Source: a virus
Virus record (IMG/VR): IMGVR_UViG_3300044638_008303
Coordinates: 1 to 64,000 of that record
DNA length: 64,000 bases
Strand: one strand, 5' to 3'
In this document: positions 1 to 8,894 of the stretch, piece by piece
Layout of the letters: every line of letters begins with the position of its first letter
Numbering within the stretch: position 1 is the stretch's first letter
Made by a program: the position numbers and the translations under genes
The notes under the pieces: model-generated
Told to the model about the DNA's origin: nothing
Databases searched by the model: none
The model's input: only the letters and a program-made list of their open reading frames with translations

Positions 1-190
1 ACATTAGCCATTTTAGCCAAATATTCAAATTAAACCAGGTTTTCCAAGTAGATTTGTATTCAAGAGGATCAATAATATTGATTTTTTTAGTACTCGCGCC
101 AAAGTCTTTAACATAAGTTTTCATTTTTTCAATTTTACGAGTTGGCTTAACTACTTTATTTGGTTTAATTTTTACCTGTTTGTTTTTCAT
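1..190 (-). CDS. Hypothetical protein, partial (runs off the window edge)
   Basis: Not in the ORF track. ATG at 190 overlaps the upstream TGA (ATGA), and the frame stays open to position 1 (MKNKQVKIKPNK...WKTWFNLNIWLKWLM). Confidence 0.7.
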   Translation of the reverse strand, partial: MKNKQVKIKPNKVVKPTRKIEKMKTYVKDFGASTKKINIIDPLEYKSTWKTWFNLNIWLKWLM

Positions 191-1344
191 GGCATAAATC
201 CTATCTTTGGTTTTTCTAAACTTTTAATATTACTAATAAGTTCTTCATCACTTTTTGCATAATAAATATCTGCAAGAGTCATATTATCTTCTGCTTTGAT
301 ATCAATGTCAAGTTTTTTAATAAGTTTTGCCGCTTGTTTCTCGTTAAGACCTTGGAATGAATACTCTGCTTTTAAACGCCCCTTTCTTAGAAGGGCTTCG
401 TCAATATCTTGACGATCACAATTATAGGTGACAATCACATTCAATTTAAGAACGTCGCCCAGAATACCATCGGTCATATTTAGAAGAGTTGATACAAGAG
501 AGGGTTGATCTGAAAGATGACGCTTAGTAAGTGCTTTTTCGGCATCTTCGAGAATCATAACACAATCAGTTTTTTTCTTCAGTAGGCTTAAGATCGACGG
601 GTTAGTAATTTCATCCACGAAAGAAGTTGGAAAGAAAATAACGTCTTTCTTAAGAATTGACGCCAAGTATCTTATGTAAGTTGTTTTACCAGTCCCAGGT
701 CTACCATGAAGCATGTACAGTCCAGACGAATTTTCATGAAGTGATTTAATCATTTTTTCACTTACTGATTCAAAGCCTTCTCCATAGTTCAATCCAATAT
801 CAAAAGTTTCTGGTAAGTTAATATTGAATTTTGAAAAATTAAAATTACCATAATCTTGGTTTACCATGAAAATATTTGGACGTTTATCTGTATCCATAAA
901 CTCTCTAAATTCTTCATCCACACATTTTTTGCTGGTAGGATAATAAAACATTAATTTGCATTTATCTTTATCCCGCCCACTTTCAGAATTAATTTGTATA
1001 AAATTATCTTTATAGAAGTAAATTGAACCGTCTTCATAATCAAAGCTAGGAAGAATAACTTCCCCGCCAATCATGAATGGTTCTTCGCCTTCTTCTTGTT
1101 CTAATTCTTCGATAGTTTTTGAAATTAAAACTTCTTCACCAATTTGAACAAGTTGACCGCCGTTTTTATTAAGATAGTCAATAATTTTATCTTTAAAGAA
1201 ATTTTCTCTATATCTTTTATATGATGGCATGTCCCCCTCATACAAGGAAGTAATTAAAGCGATTGGATTGAGGAATTCAGAATGAAATAATCCAGCTAGA
1301 GTTAATTCGGGTAATTTAGATTTTGGGATTCTATAAGAGTTCAT
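187..1344 (-). CDS. AAA+ ATPase (BCS1-like/classical AAA clade)
   Basis: Walker A GRPGTGKT, Walker B MILEDAE, SRH-like LLNMTDG...DEALLRKGR. Start moved to ATG 1344, just after the upstream stop. Confidence 0.85.
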   Translation of the reverse strand: MNSYRIPKSKLPELTLAGLFHSEFLNPIALITSLYEGDMPSYKRYRENFFKDKIIDYLNKNGGQLVQIGEEVLISKTIEELEQEEGEEPFMIGGEVILPSFDYEDGSIYFYKDNFIQINSESGRDKDKCKLMFYYPTSKKCVDEEFREFMDTDKRPNIFMVNQDYGNFNFSKFNINLPETFDIGLNYGEGFESVSEKMIKSLHENSSGLYMLHGRPGTGKTTYIRYLASILKKDVIFFPTSFVDEITNPSILSLLKKKTDCVMILEDAEKALTKRHLSDQPSLVSTLLNMTDGILGDVLKLNVIVTYNCDRQDIDEALLRKGRLKAEYSFQGLNEKQAAKLIKKLDIDIKAEDNMTLADIYYAKSDEELISNIKSLEKPKIGFMP

Positions 1345-1345
1345 A

Positions 1346-1534
1346 TTAAAAAGGATCGAAACCAAATTTTAAAGAAAATGCTTGTTCCACTAAAGCTTTT
1401 TTATGCAGCTTTGAGTTTAACGCAAGGTATAAACTATTTTCAAATTCACGATTTTGATCTTTTTCAAAAACATGAACAAGTATTTCTGATAATCTTTTAA
1501 TCTCTTTTTTTGTTGGTTTTTTAAATTTGCTCAT
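1346..1534 (-). CDS. Small hypothetical protein
   Basis: 62 aa ORF, co-oriented and abutting the AAA gene, with a TTGATT-N16-TATAAT element upstream. Confidence 0.65.
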   Translation of the reverse strand: MSKFKKPTKKEIKRLSEILVHVFEKDQNREFENSLYLALNSKLHKKALVEQAFSLKFGFDPF

Positions 1535-1600
1535 AATAGAGAACTTGCTTCACACGCTTTATTTATTATACATATAATTAATTAATAATCAAGAAGAAAG

Positions 1601-1682
1601 TGCTGATGATAGGAGTCGAACCTACACTTCCGAAGAAAACAGATCCTAAGTCTGTCGCGGCTGCCAGTTACGCCACATCAGC
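1601..1682 (-). tRNA. tRNA-Leu(TAG)
   Basis: Reverse complement GCTGATG..TGG..ACAGA-CTTAGGA-TCTGT, long variable arm, GTTCGA T-loop, CATCAGC-A. No encoded CCA. Confidence 0.95.
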
Positions 1683-1686
1683 ATTT

Positions 1687-1759
1687 TGGAGGTGACAGGG
1701 CTCGAACCTGCTACCTTGACCTTGCAAAGGTCCTGCTCTACCAGATGAGCTACACCCCC
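1687..1759 (-). tRNA. tRNA-Ala(TGC)
   Basis: Acceptor GGGGGTG/CACCTCC with the G3:U70 Ala identity pair, anticodon loop TT-TGC-AA, GTTCGAG T-loop. Confidence 0.95.
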
Positions 1760-1760
1760 T

Positions 1761-1844
1761 AAAATGTGAGCAGTTTACCCGCGACTGCTCAGGGAAAACC
1801 ACAACCAGCGGAAAGTCGGCGCCTTTTACGAGATAATCCCAAAA
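1761..1844 (-). ncRNA. Putative structured RNA (hairpin/pseudoknot) between tRNA-Val and tRNA-Ala
   Basis: GC-rich spacer with a perfect 8-bp stem TGAGCAGT/ACTGCTCA. The loop GGG can pair with the adjacent CCC. Confidence 0.4.
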
Positions 1845-1916
1845 TACGCGATGAGAGGATTGAACTCCCGACCTTGTCCGTGTAAAGGACCTGCTCTACC
1901 GCTAAGCTAATCGCGC
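1845..1916 (-). tRNA. tRNA-Val(TAC)
   Basis: Acceptor GCGCGAT/ATCGCGT-A, anticodon loop TT-TAC-AC, GTTCAAT T-loop. Confidence 0.95.
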
Positions 1917-1931
1917 TAAAATTTCAAAAAA

Positions 1932-2201
1932 CTATTTATGATTAAATTTAAACCATGTATAGACTAATATTATACACATTACTAAACCAACTGAGTAATT
2001 TGCAAACCACCAAATTCCAAACTGGGTTAAAAACATGTATACCATTCCAGATATATAACCACAAATTGACATTAATATCAATGCTAAAGATACATCTTTA
2101 GAAGAACGATTTTTAAAAATTTTTAAAATTTGAGGTATATAACAAAACATAAAACTGATTGTCATTATTATTCCAAATATTTGTGCCAATGTTTCTTTCA
2201 T
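1932..2201 (-). CDS. PQ-loop / SemiSWEET-family small membrane transporter
   Basis: Three TM helices and the motif YIPQILKIFKNRSSKDVS. ATGA coupling at 2198-2201. Confidence 0.8.
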   Translation of the reverse strand: MKETLAQIFGIIMTISFMFCYIPQILKIFKNRSSKDVSLALILMSICGYISGMVYMFLTQFGIWWFANYSVGLVMCIILVYTWFKFNHK

Positions 2202-2620
2202 AAGCAAATTCTGGGTAATTTAAATTTCTTTTCAAACCATTTTATAAGTTTTTTTCTTTCACTTTTTAAATATGCAAAACGATACTGTCCAAATATTTTT
2301 CTCATACCCCAAGTGTCCCATTCACGTTTTGCCCAATGTTCTACCCAATTTTCCGCTTTAAAAGACTTAATCGCAGAATAATCATGCTCTTTATGAAATT
2401 TTGTCCAAATACCTTTTCGTACGCAATAAATATGTCCTAACTCATGAAAAACTGCTTCTGCCATAGCTCTTCTTGGTAATTTTTTATCTATATAAATTAT
2501 TTCTTTCTCAGTATCTGCTTCTCCATCTAATTCTTTGTTAAAACGGGTACGAAATGCAACTTTAACTTCATATTGAAGACAAATTTGTCGTAAAAAACGT
2601 ACTGTTTTTTCTCTATTCAT
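2198..2620 (-). CDS. HExxH metallopeptidase-like protein (ImmA/IrrE-like)
   Basis: IYIDKKL...VFHELGH...AENW pattern. Confidence 0.65.
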   Translation of the reverse strand: MNREKTVRFLRQICLQYEVKVAFRTRFNKELDGEADTEKEIIYIDKKLPRRAMAEAVFHELGHIYCVRKGIWTKFHKEHDYSAIKSFKAENWVEHWAKREWDTWGMRKIFGQYRFAYLKSERKKLIKWFEKKFKLPRICL

Positions 2621-2626
2621 ATTATT

Positions 2627-2655
2627 ATTTTAATTTTTAAAATTAAAACTATCTA
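2627..2655 (-). promoter_or_regulatory. sigma70-like promoter, leaderless configuration
   Basis: TAGATA-N17-TAAAAT ending 6 nt before ATG 2620. Confidence 0.45.
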
Positions 2656-2661
2656 TTTTAT

Positions 2662-2667
2662 GTGTAA
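2662..2667 (+). promoter_or_regulatory. GTGTAA motif (putative late promoter)
   Basis: 9 nt before ATG 2677; the motif recurs upstream of other genes. Confidence 0.55.
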
Positions 2668-2676
2668 ATAATCTTA

Positions 2677-3015
2677 ATGAATTCTTCTCTTATTAAAACA
2701 GAATTTTTGGCAACTGGTCAATCTGCTCCTTTTACCGGACAATGGGTAAATACAGCTTTATGTAAAAATGGTTTTATAGTGGTATATGCTAGCGGTTCTA
2801 GTGTTAGCATTGATTTACAAGCTAAGACAGAATTAAATCAAAACCCTGTGTTTTTAGAAGGTGGTTCGGCTGAAGCTGTATCTTTTTATACAGCAACAGG
2901 AATTGGGGCTGGATATGGAGATCCAATATTTTTTGACTCACCAATCGCAGAAATTAGATTAGCAGCTACAGCTGGTAATGCCCCAGTATTTGCTTATATA
3001 ACTTACCAAAATTAA
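2677..3015 (+). CDS. Small beta-rich hypothetical protein, probably virion-associated
   Basis: Ala/Gly/Thr-rich with ATG/FTG/ASG peptide motifs; GTGTAA upstream. Confidence 0.6.
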   Translation: MNSSLIKTEFLATGQSAPFTGQWVNTALCKNGFIVVYASGSSVSIDLQAKTELNQNPVFLEGGSAEAVSFYTATGIGAGYGDPIFFDSPIAEIRLAATAGNAPVFAYITYQN

Positions 3016-3230
3016 TCATTAAGTTCTTCTTCGCGTTTGGGTCGCGGTTTAAATCCAGTTTTTCTTTTATTTATATAGGCCATATTTGGCTCTAATTTAT
3101 ATTCGGGATTATCTGAATGGGATTGAGAATCTTCAACTGTCCACATCCCCATATAAGTCCACTTCATTTTTTTATCAAGCTTTTTCCAAAGCTCGCTTGT
3201 CTTTAACGATTGAAAAGAAGGCCAGTACAT
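3012..3230 (-). CDS. Small hypothetical protein
   Basis: 72 aa ORF tiling between its neighbours. Confidence 0.6.
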   Translation of the reverse strand: MYWPSFQSLKTSELWKKLDKKMKWTYMGMWTVEDSQSHSDNPEYKLEPNMAYINKRKTGFKPRPKREEELND

Positions 3231-3237
3231 ACTCTTA

Positions 3238-3726
3238 TTATGTTAAAAATTTTTTAAAAAGTCCAGTCTTTTTTTTATTTTCACTTTCAATAAAGATATT
3301 AAAATACTCAAAAATACCTTTGTTCCATACTAATAAATATTTAAAAATTTCAATAGCTGGCATTATACCCATGCCCATAATTTCCTCATTTATGATTCTT
3401 TCGTGTTCTTCAAAATTATCCATGAAATCATATAAATAATCAAGAACTTTTTGCTTGTCTTCGAAAACAGCAGAATCAACCATAATTTCTGAAAACCATT
3501 GTCCTTCGACTCTTTTTTTAGAAGATTTAAATACGCTAGTGAAAACAATATATTGATCGGATTCTTTAAGATATACTCCAAATATAATATAGAATAAATT
3601 TTTTGTTTTCCGTTTGCTAAATTTTTTAGAAAGATCTCCTACAAGACGTTTTGGAACAGCACCAAACATTACATCAAGATGCAGCCCATCTAATTGTTCC
3701 ATATTTAAAAGTTGTTGTAAATCCAT
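3238..3726 (-). CDS. Hypothetical protein
   Basis: 162 aa ORF with normal composition. Confidence 0.7.
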   Translation of the reverse strand: MDLQQLLNMEQLDGLHLDVMFGAVPKRLVGDLSKKFSKRKTKNLFYIIFGVYLKESDQYIVFTSVFKSSKKRVEGQWFSEIMVDSAVFEDKQKVLDYLYDFMDNFEEHERIINEEIMGMGIMPAIEIFKYLLVWNKGIFEYFNIFIESENKKKTGLFKKFLT

Positions 3727-3771
3727 GAATATAAAATATTATAGTAATTTTATAATTAAATATATAAAAAA

Positions 3772-3777
3772 GTGTAA
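3772..3777 (+). promoter_or_regulatory. GTGTAA motif (putative late promoter)
   Basis: 8 nt before ATG 3786. Confidence 0.55.
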
Positions 3778-3785
3778 TTAATTAA

Positions 3786-4694
3786 ATGAAAGAAAATTTT
3801 TTACTACCCGGTGATGAAATTAAACATACTGGTGATATTCAAACCCTATCAGATATTATAGATTGGGGTATAATTGATTTTGACGTTCCTAAATTATGGC
3901 TTAAGAACAAAGGAGAAAATATTTCCATAATGGTTTGTGATACTGGCATAATAGATCATATAGATTTAAAAGATAATATAGATTACGAAAAAGCTGCAAG
4001 TTTTATTAAAAATGAAGATTATATAGATCATCAAGGTCATGGAACTTGTGTTGCTGGAGTTATTGCCGCAAAAGAATCTGGCTTTGGTATAGTAGGTGTA
4101 GCCCCCAAATCAAAAATTATTCCGGTAAAATCTTTGTCTAATAAGGGTTTCGCCAATAATAAAAGCTTAGAGCAAACATTAGAATATGCAATAAAAATTA
4201 AACCAGATATTATAAATATGTCTTTAGGTGGTCAATATCAACAAGGTCCTATCTTTCATCAATTCTTAAAAGAATTATATAATTTAAATATTCCTGTTGT
4301 TTGTGCTATGGGAAATTATGGTGAAAATTACTCATGTTTCCCTGCGGATTATCCCGAAACAATAGGTGTTACTTCATATAGAAAAGACCGAAATATTTCT
4401 GATTTCTCTTCTAGAAGTAATGATGCAGATTTTGCACTTCCTGGAGAAGATATTTTGACAACAAATTTGAATAATCAATATTCTATTGTAAATGGAACTA
4501 GTTTTTCCGCACCATTTTTATCAGGTTTAATTGCTATTATGTTATCAGAAGCTAAAAAGAAAAATATTTTGTATACAGTATCTCAAATTAAAGATATCTT
4601 AATTCGTAGTTCTGTCGATTACGGTCCAGAAGGAAAAGATAATCTTTTTGGTTATGGTATTATAGATGTTAATAAATTAGATAGTTTAATCTAA
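3786..4694 (+). CDS. Subtilisin-like S8 serine peptidase
   Basis: Catalytic triad motifs DTG, HGTCVAG and GTSFSAP; INMSLG; C-terminal GYG. Confidence 0.93.
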   Translation: MKENFLLPGDEIKHTGDIQTLSDIIDWGIIDFDVPKLWLKNKGENISIMVCDTGIIDHIDLKDNIDYEKAASFIKNEDYIDHQGHGTCVAGVIAAKESGFGIVGVAPKSKIIPVKSLSNKGFANNKSLEQTLEYAIKIKPDIINMSLGGQYQQGPIFHQFLKELYNLNIPVVCAMGNYGENYSCFPADYPETIGVTSYRKDRNISDFSSRSNDADFALPGEDILTTNLNNQYSIVNGTSFSAPFLSGLIAIMLSEAKKKNILYTVSQIKDILIRSSVDYGPEGKDNLFGYGIIDVNKLDSLI

Positions 4695-5336
4695 CCATTT
4701 AAGCGCTTTACTTATATTTATAAAATTACTTATAAATAAGTTTTTAATTTCTACTGCAATTTCCCTATGTTCTTTTTGGGTATCCTGAGTTGCTCTCAAA
4801 TCTATATAATGAATCCAAGAACGGATTGTACCTGACATATAGAGTGTTGTTTGCGTATTTAAAGGCAATAACATTCTAGCACATTCTTTGGCAATTCCTT
4901 TTGCAATTAATTTATTATAAATATTAACGCACTGATTTTGCGCTTGTTCAATTTCTTCTTTTAGTTCGAGATAACTTCCAATATCAATTGGTTCGTCACC
5001 GACTTGTCGATTTGTTTTACCCTGCTTTCTTAATTCAATATATTCTAATTCTGTTGCGGCAGAATATCTTTGACTAAATTCCTGAAAAGAAAAACTTCTA
5101 TGTCGTAAAATTTGAGCAGCAATTGCACGACTTGTCTTAATTTCTACGGTCATAGAAACCATCTCAAATGGACTCCAATGCTTATGTTTAATAAGATATT
5201 CTAAAAGTTTAGGTGCAGTTTCTGTATTCAGTTGGTTGGTTGGATTGCTTACTCTCGCACAATAAGAGATTAATTCTTCTGGATTATTAATACCAGTAAC
5301 GTATGGGTTTGATAAAGAAATTAACTTAACATTCAT
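4686..5336 (-). CDS. thyX: FAD-dependent thymidylate synthase
   Basis: ThyX motif RHRSFSFQEFSQRY, plus HWSPFE and KECARMLLP. Confidence 0.95.
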   Translation of the reverse strand: MNVKLISLSNPYVTGINNPEELISYCARVSNPTNQLNTETAPKLLEYLIKHKHWSPFEMVSMTVEIKTSRAIAAQILRHRSFSFQEFSQRYSAATELEYIELRKQGKTNRQVGDEPIDIGSYLELKEEIEQAQNQCVNIYNKLIAKGIAKECARMLLPLNTQTTLYMSGTIRSWIHYIDLRATQDTQKEHREIAVEIKNLFISNFINISKALKWLD

Positions 5337-5342
5337 TAATAA

Positions 5343-5371
5343 ATGATATAATTAAATGAATTAAAATTCAA
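5343..5371 (-). promoter_or_regulatory. sigma70-like promoter, leaderless configuration
   Basis: TTGAAT-N17-TATCAT ending 6 nt before ATG 5336. Confidence 0.6.
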
Positions 5372-6027
5372 GATTTATCTTTATTAGGTTCAAATTGGTA
5401 AAAATATAATTCTTCATCGCCAGCAAACCAGCGACTACCAGTTTGTTCACAAGAGAATTCTTTACTAAATACTTTCCATTTTTCGTGACCTTTTAATTCT
5501 TTACCAATAAAAGCGCCCCCATCACGCCAAACAATACGATTTCCGGGCTGGAAAAAATATTGACCACCCTTGCCAATTAAAAGATGCCCCTGTTTATGAC
5601 CTCCAGGATTTTCACTTTGCCCAGTTTGGTGTTGTGGTCCATAAGCCCAGTCAAACGTCATTAAATATGTAGCATCATGCCATTCTCGATTTTTCAATAC
5701 AATTTTACAAGCACTATGTTTTAAATATTCGTACCTATTAACTGTAACATATGGAGAGTAACAATCCCAAAGTTCTAACCAATCTAATGGAAAGTTAGTT
5801 AAACCTTCTTCTGGGAGAAGATCTGTTAAATAATGGATAGGAACACGAGCATGTACGCTACCCATTTCAGTCATTACAGAAAAAAGGGCACAACGCCGAT
5901 TTAAAGAGGTAAACCCAAACACTTCTACCGGAATAAACTCATTTGTACTCCTAGGTTCTTTATCATGTAAAAAACTTGTATCTAAATAAGCAGAAAAAAG
6001 TGGTATATCTGTATTAATATATGCCAT
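5368..6027 (-). CDS. Hypothetical phage protein
   Basis: 219 aa ORF with LWDC, HKQGH and QPGNRIVW motifs; function not recognised. Confidence 0.75.
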   Translation of the reverse strand: MAYINTDIPLFSAYLDTSFLHDKEPRSTNEFIPVEVFGFTSLNRRCALFSVMTEMGSVHARVPIHYLTDLLPEEGLTNFPLDWLELWDCYSPYVTVNRYEYLKHSACKIVLKNREWHDATYLMTFDWAYGPQHQTGQSENPGGHKQGHLLIGKGGQYFFQPGNRIVWRDGGAFIGKELKGHEKWKVFSKEFSCEQTGSRWFAGDEELYFYQFEPNKDKS

Positions 6028-6031
6028 TTAA

Positions 6032-6037
6032 GTGTAA
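6032..6037 (+). promoter_or_regulatory. GTGTAA motif (putative late promoter)
   Basis: 24 nt before ATG 6062. Confidence 0.45.
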
Positions 6038-6061
6038 TATATAATATCATACATTTTTACC

Positions 6062-6400
6062 ATGCTTACTTCTAATAAAAATACTAAAAAAATTGTAGCA
6101 AATAACCCAAAACCTGTACAATTGTCAGATTTTTTATCTTTTGATAACATATGGAAATTGGCAATTTTGGCTTTTATGGTTGCCAGTTTATATTTGCAGA
6201 ATAATTTTATTACAAAAAATGAATTTACCCAAACAGAAGAAAAAGTACAAAGGATTGAACTTGTTCTTGGACAGTTAGAAATTAAAAATCAAATAGATCT
6301 TTCACAAAATAAAACACTAGAACTAATAGAAATAAGGTTAAGGCAGATAGAGCAAATGGTTGCTATTTTGGAATCTAGGCGAAATGAAAAAACAAACTAA
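6062..6400 (+). CDS. Single-TM coiled-coil membrane protein (possible lysis accessory)
   Basis: TM segment IWKLAILAFMVASLYL followed by a heptad-like tail. Confidence 0.6.
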   Translation: MLTSNKNTKKIVANNPKPVQLSDFLSFDNIWKLAILAFMVASLYLQNNFITKNEFTQTEEKVQRIELVLGQLEIKNQIDLSQNKTLELIEIRLRQIEQMVAILESRRNEKTN

Positions 6401-6596
6401 AAAAATAATAAATTTAATACTTAAATCAATGCTAATCGTTTCAATGGTATTATTTAGTATTTCGGTATGTCTCTTTTCGGCAAGAGTTGGTTTTGGGTTT
6501 AATTTTGGACCGCCATTTTGTTGGGCCTCATTTTTACAAATGGGGCTTTTTATGTTAAGTGGCTGGGCTTTTAATAAAGAATTATTTTATACTTAA
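6384..6596 (+). CDS. Small two-TM membrane protein
   Basis: Two hydrophobic segments; ATG 6384 overlaps the previous gene. Confidence 0.55.
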   Translation: MKKQTKKIINLILKSMLIVSMVLFSISVCLFSARVGFGFNFGPPFCWASFLQMGLFMLSGWAFNKELFYT

Positions 6597-7624
6597 AAGT
6601 AAGTAATATTACCAACTTGTTTAAGAGCATGATTAATCATGCGAATGTCATCTTTACTTATAGATTTTAAATTAGAAATCTCTTCTAATGCTGGTTTAAA
6701 ATATGGCGCATGATCCAGAATAAATGTTTTAAAATGAGCGTCACTAAAAAACAATGACGTAATACGCTCATTGTCAATAGTAGGCAAAAAGAATTTCATG
6801 TAATCAACTTTCCGTTTAATAATAGGTAATGCAGCCTGAAAATTATTCTCATCATTAAAAAATTGTTGGGCTTTTTTCGCATCTTTTAATTTATAAAGAC
6901 TTTTAATTTTATCCTCAAGACTACCCAATTTAAGAGTAGCAATTAATTTTGTGGGATTCGTTTCCATTGGGAGAACATCAAATACGTCACCCCCTTCTTT
7001 CTGAATTTCTAAAGCATAATCAAGTCTACGTGGAGAAACAAGTTTTTTAGCTTTATCCGGCATTCCATTCCACCATTCGAGTGCAGACTTGGCCCAATCA
7101 TTACCAAATTTATTTTGAAAATATTCAATGTCAGGGATGAATGGAACTTTAATCCGAACTTGAAAACGGTCTACTTGGGCGCCATCAAGCTCTTCAACAT
7201 CATATTCTTCATCATCATCGCTTGGATTAATTGCGGCCCAAACAACTTTAAGATTTGGAAATTTACGACCATTAATACTTTTAAACTGAATTAATTCCAT
7301 TGTAGCATTGCGAATCTTTTTATGGCTACGATTATACTCATCAATAAAAATAGCTTCAACAGTATTATCTGACATCTTTTCTGGAAGAACAAATGAAAGA
7401 ACATAATCATTTCCTTTTTTTATTTCTTTTGGAACTCCTACAAAGTCCACCCAAGGATCAAGAGTAGAGCCGGAAAAATAAAGCCAGTTTTTGCAATTTT
7501 GGCTGAATACTTCTGTAACAAGACTAGTTTTACCAGTTCCGTGACGACCTTCAAGTAATACATTCTTACCAATTTTAAAATATTGATTTAATTTATTTTT
7601 AATTGTATTAATGTCTTGGGCCAT
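6593..7624 (-). CDS. MoxR-like AAA+ ATPase
   Basis: GRHGTGKT, IFIDEYNR, AAINP, DRF and SPRR motifs. Confidence 0.88.
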   Translation of the reverse strand: MAQDINTIKNKLNQYFKIGKNVLLEGRHGTGKTSLVTEVFSQNCKNWLYFSGSTLDPWVDFVGVPKEIKKGNDYVLSFVLPEKMSDNTVEAIFIDEYNRSHKKIRNATMELIQFKSINGRKFPNLKVVWAAINPSDDDEEYDVEELDGAQVDRFQVRIKVPFIPDIEYFQNKFGNDWAKSALEWWNGMPDKAKKLVSPRRLDYALEIQKEGGDVFDVLPMETNPTKLIATLKLGSLEDKIKSLYKLKDAKKAQQFFNDENNFQAALPIIKRKVDYMKFFLPTIDNERITSLFFSDAHFKTFILDHAPYFKPALEEISNLKSISKDDIRMINHALKQVGNITYF

Positions 7625-7655
7625 ATTTGTATTATAAGATAATTTGAATTAAAGT

Positions 7656-8894
7656 CTATTCAAAATTTTTAAGCTCATGCACTTTGCAACCATGTGGAAT
7701 GTAGGCGATTGTTGAATCATCAGTTAAAAACCAATTCCATTTTTTTCTTTGATCTTCTGGAATTTGAGCTCCGTTTCCCCAACCGTCCGTAAGAATCCAT
7801 ACAAATGGTTTTGTTTTATGTTTATTATATATAAAATCAGTAATACAACGGAAACTTGTTCCACCCCCTCCATCTAGTTTTTGTTTTTTTAAATCTACTT
7901 CATATACCACAGTATCAAAAGCAAAATATTTAACGTCAAATTTTTCTGGATCAAGGCTTTTAGCTGCATTAAAAAATCTCGGAGCTAATCCCCAGCATGA
8001 TCCACTAGTATCCATAAAAAACCAAGTTGCAATTTTTTCACTTTCGGTTTTTCTTAATGTTTGTTCTATATCGGAGGGAAGAAAGATATTAAAATTAAGA
8101 TTATAAAGACGACGATCTTTCATTACCCAATGAGATTCTAAACCTTCATCTTTAGACATTTTTTTTTCAAAACGGCGAATAACACTTTCCCATTTTTTCT
8201 TATACTGAGTTGGTTTATTATTAATTTTTTGAATTAATCCACCTTTAGTATTACCTATGGATTTATCTTCATTTTTACGTGTATTTTTTTCAGCATCTTC
8301 GGTAATATTTTTAAGGCTTTCTGAATCTTCTTCGGAAAGATTGTTGATAATTTGCTGCACGGAATCTTCTGGAAAATCTCCAAGACCGCTATGATCATTT
8401 ACAAGACGTTTGTTTTTTACAAACTTGGAATCTTTTAAAAGTCTATTATAATAGTATTCAAAATTATTCCATGGTAGAATATTTGGATCATTATCAAATG
8501 AATTATCAAGCCAATAATATTCTGTTTTAGGATCAATTTCTTTACGATTAAATTTAAAGTATTTAGCAAGACTTTCATTTACAACAATATCCATCGCTTG
8601 GTTTGCTAAGTTAGACATTTTTTTACCAGCACGTTTTCCATGAGAATTAATAACGTGAAGACATTCGTGAGCAATAATAAATTTTTTGTTATGTTCTGAC
8701 TGTTTTTCCCAAAATTTTTTATTAATTAAAAATTCAATACAGTTACCTTCTTTATTAAAACCCACGCATGCAGTAGGAATATTATTGCTATAAACAGGCT
8801 TAACCAAGCGCCAAAATTGATAAAATACCCCGTGATGCTCAAGAAGAGATTCCAGAATTTGTCTGTATTCTTCATATGTAAGATTTTGGTTCAC
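7656..8894 (-). CDS. Metallopeptidase-like + VWA-like domain protein (DUF2201-type)
   Basis: HECLH zinc motif and NQAMD; C-terminal MIDAS DTSGS...GGGT...LTDG. Confidence 0.85.
   Translation of the reverse strand: MNQNLTYEEYRQILESLLEHHGVFYQFWRLVKPVYSNNIPTACVGFNKEGNCIEFLINKKFWEKQSEHNKKFIIAHECLHVINSHGKRAGKKMSNLANQAMDIVVNESLAKYFKFNRKEIDPKTEYYWLDNSFDNDPNILPWNNFEYYYNRLLKDSKFVKNKRLVNDHSGLGDFPEDSVQQIINNLSEEDSESLKNITEDAEKNTRKNEDKSIGNTKGGLIQKINNKPTQYKKKWESVIRRFEKKMSKDEGLESHWVMKDRRLYNLNFNIFLPSDIEQTLRKTESEKIATWFFMDTSGSCWGLAPRFFNAAKSLDPEKFDVKYFAFDTVVYEVDLKKQKLDGGGGTSFRCITDFIYNKHKTKPFVWILTDGWGNGAQIPEDQRKKWNWFLTDDSTIAYIPHGCKVHELKNFE

Noticed and set aside
1761-1844. HDV-like (theta) or pistol ribozyme after the tRNA
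   Set aside because: I could not build the required P1/P1.1/J4-2 or pistol P2/P3 elements by eye; kept only as an unnamed structured element.
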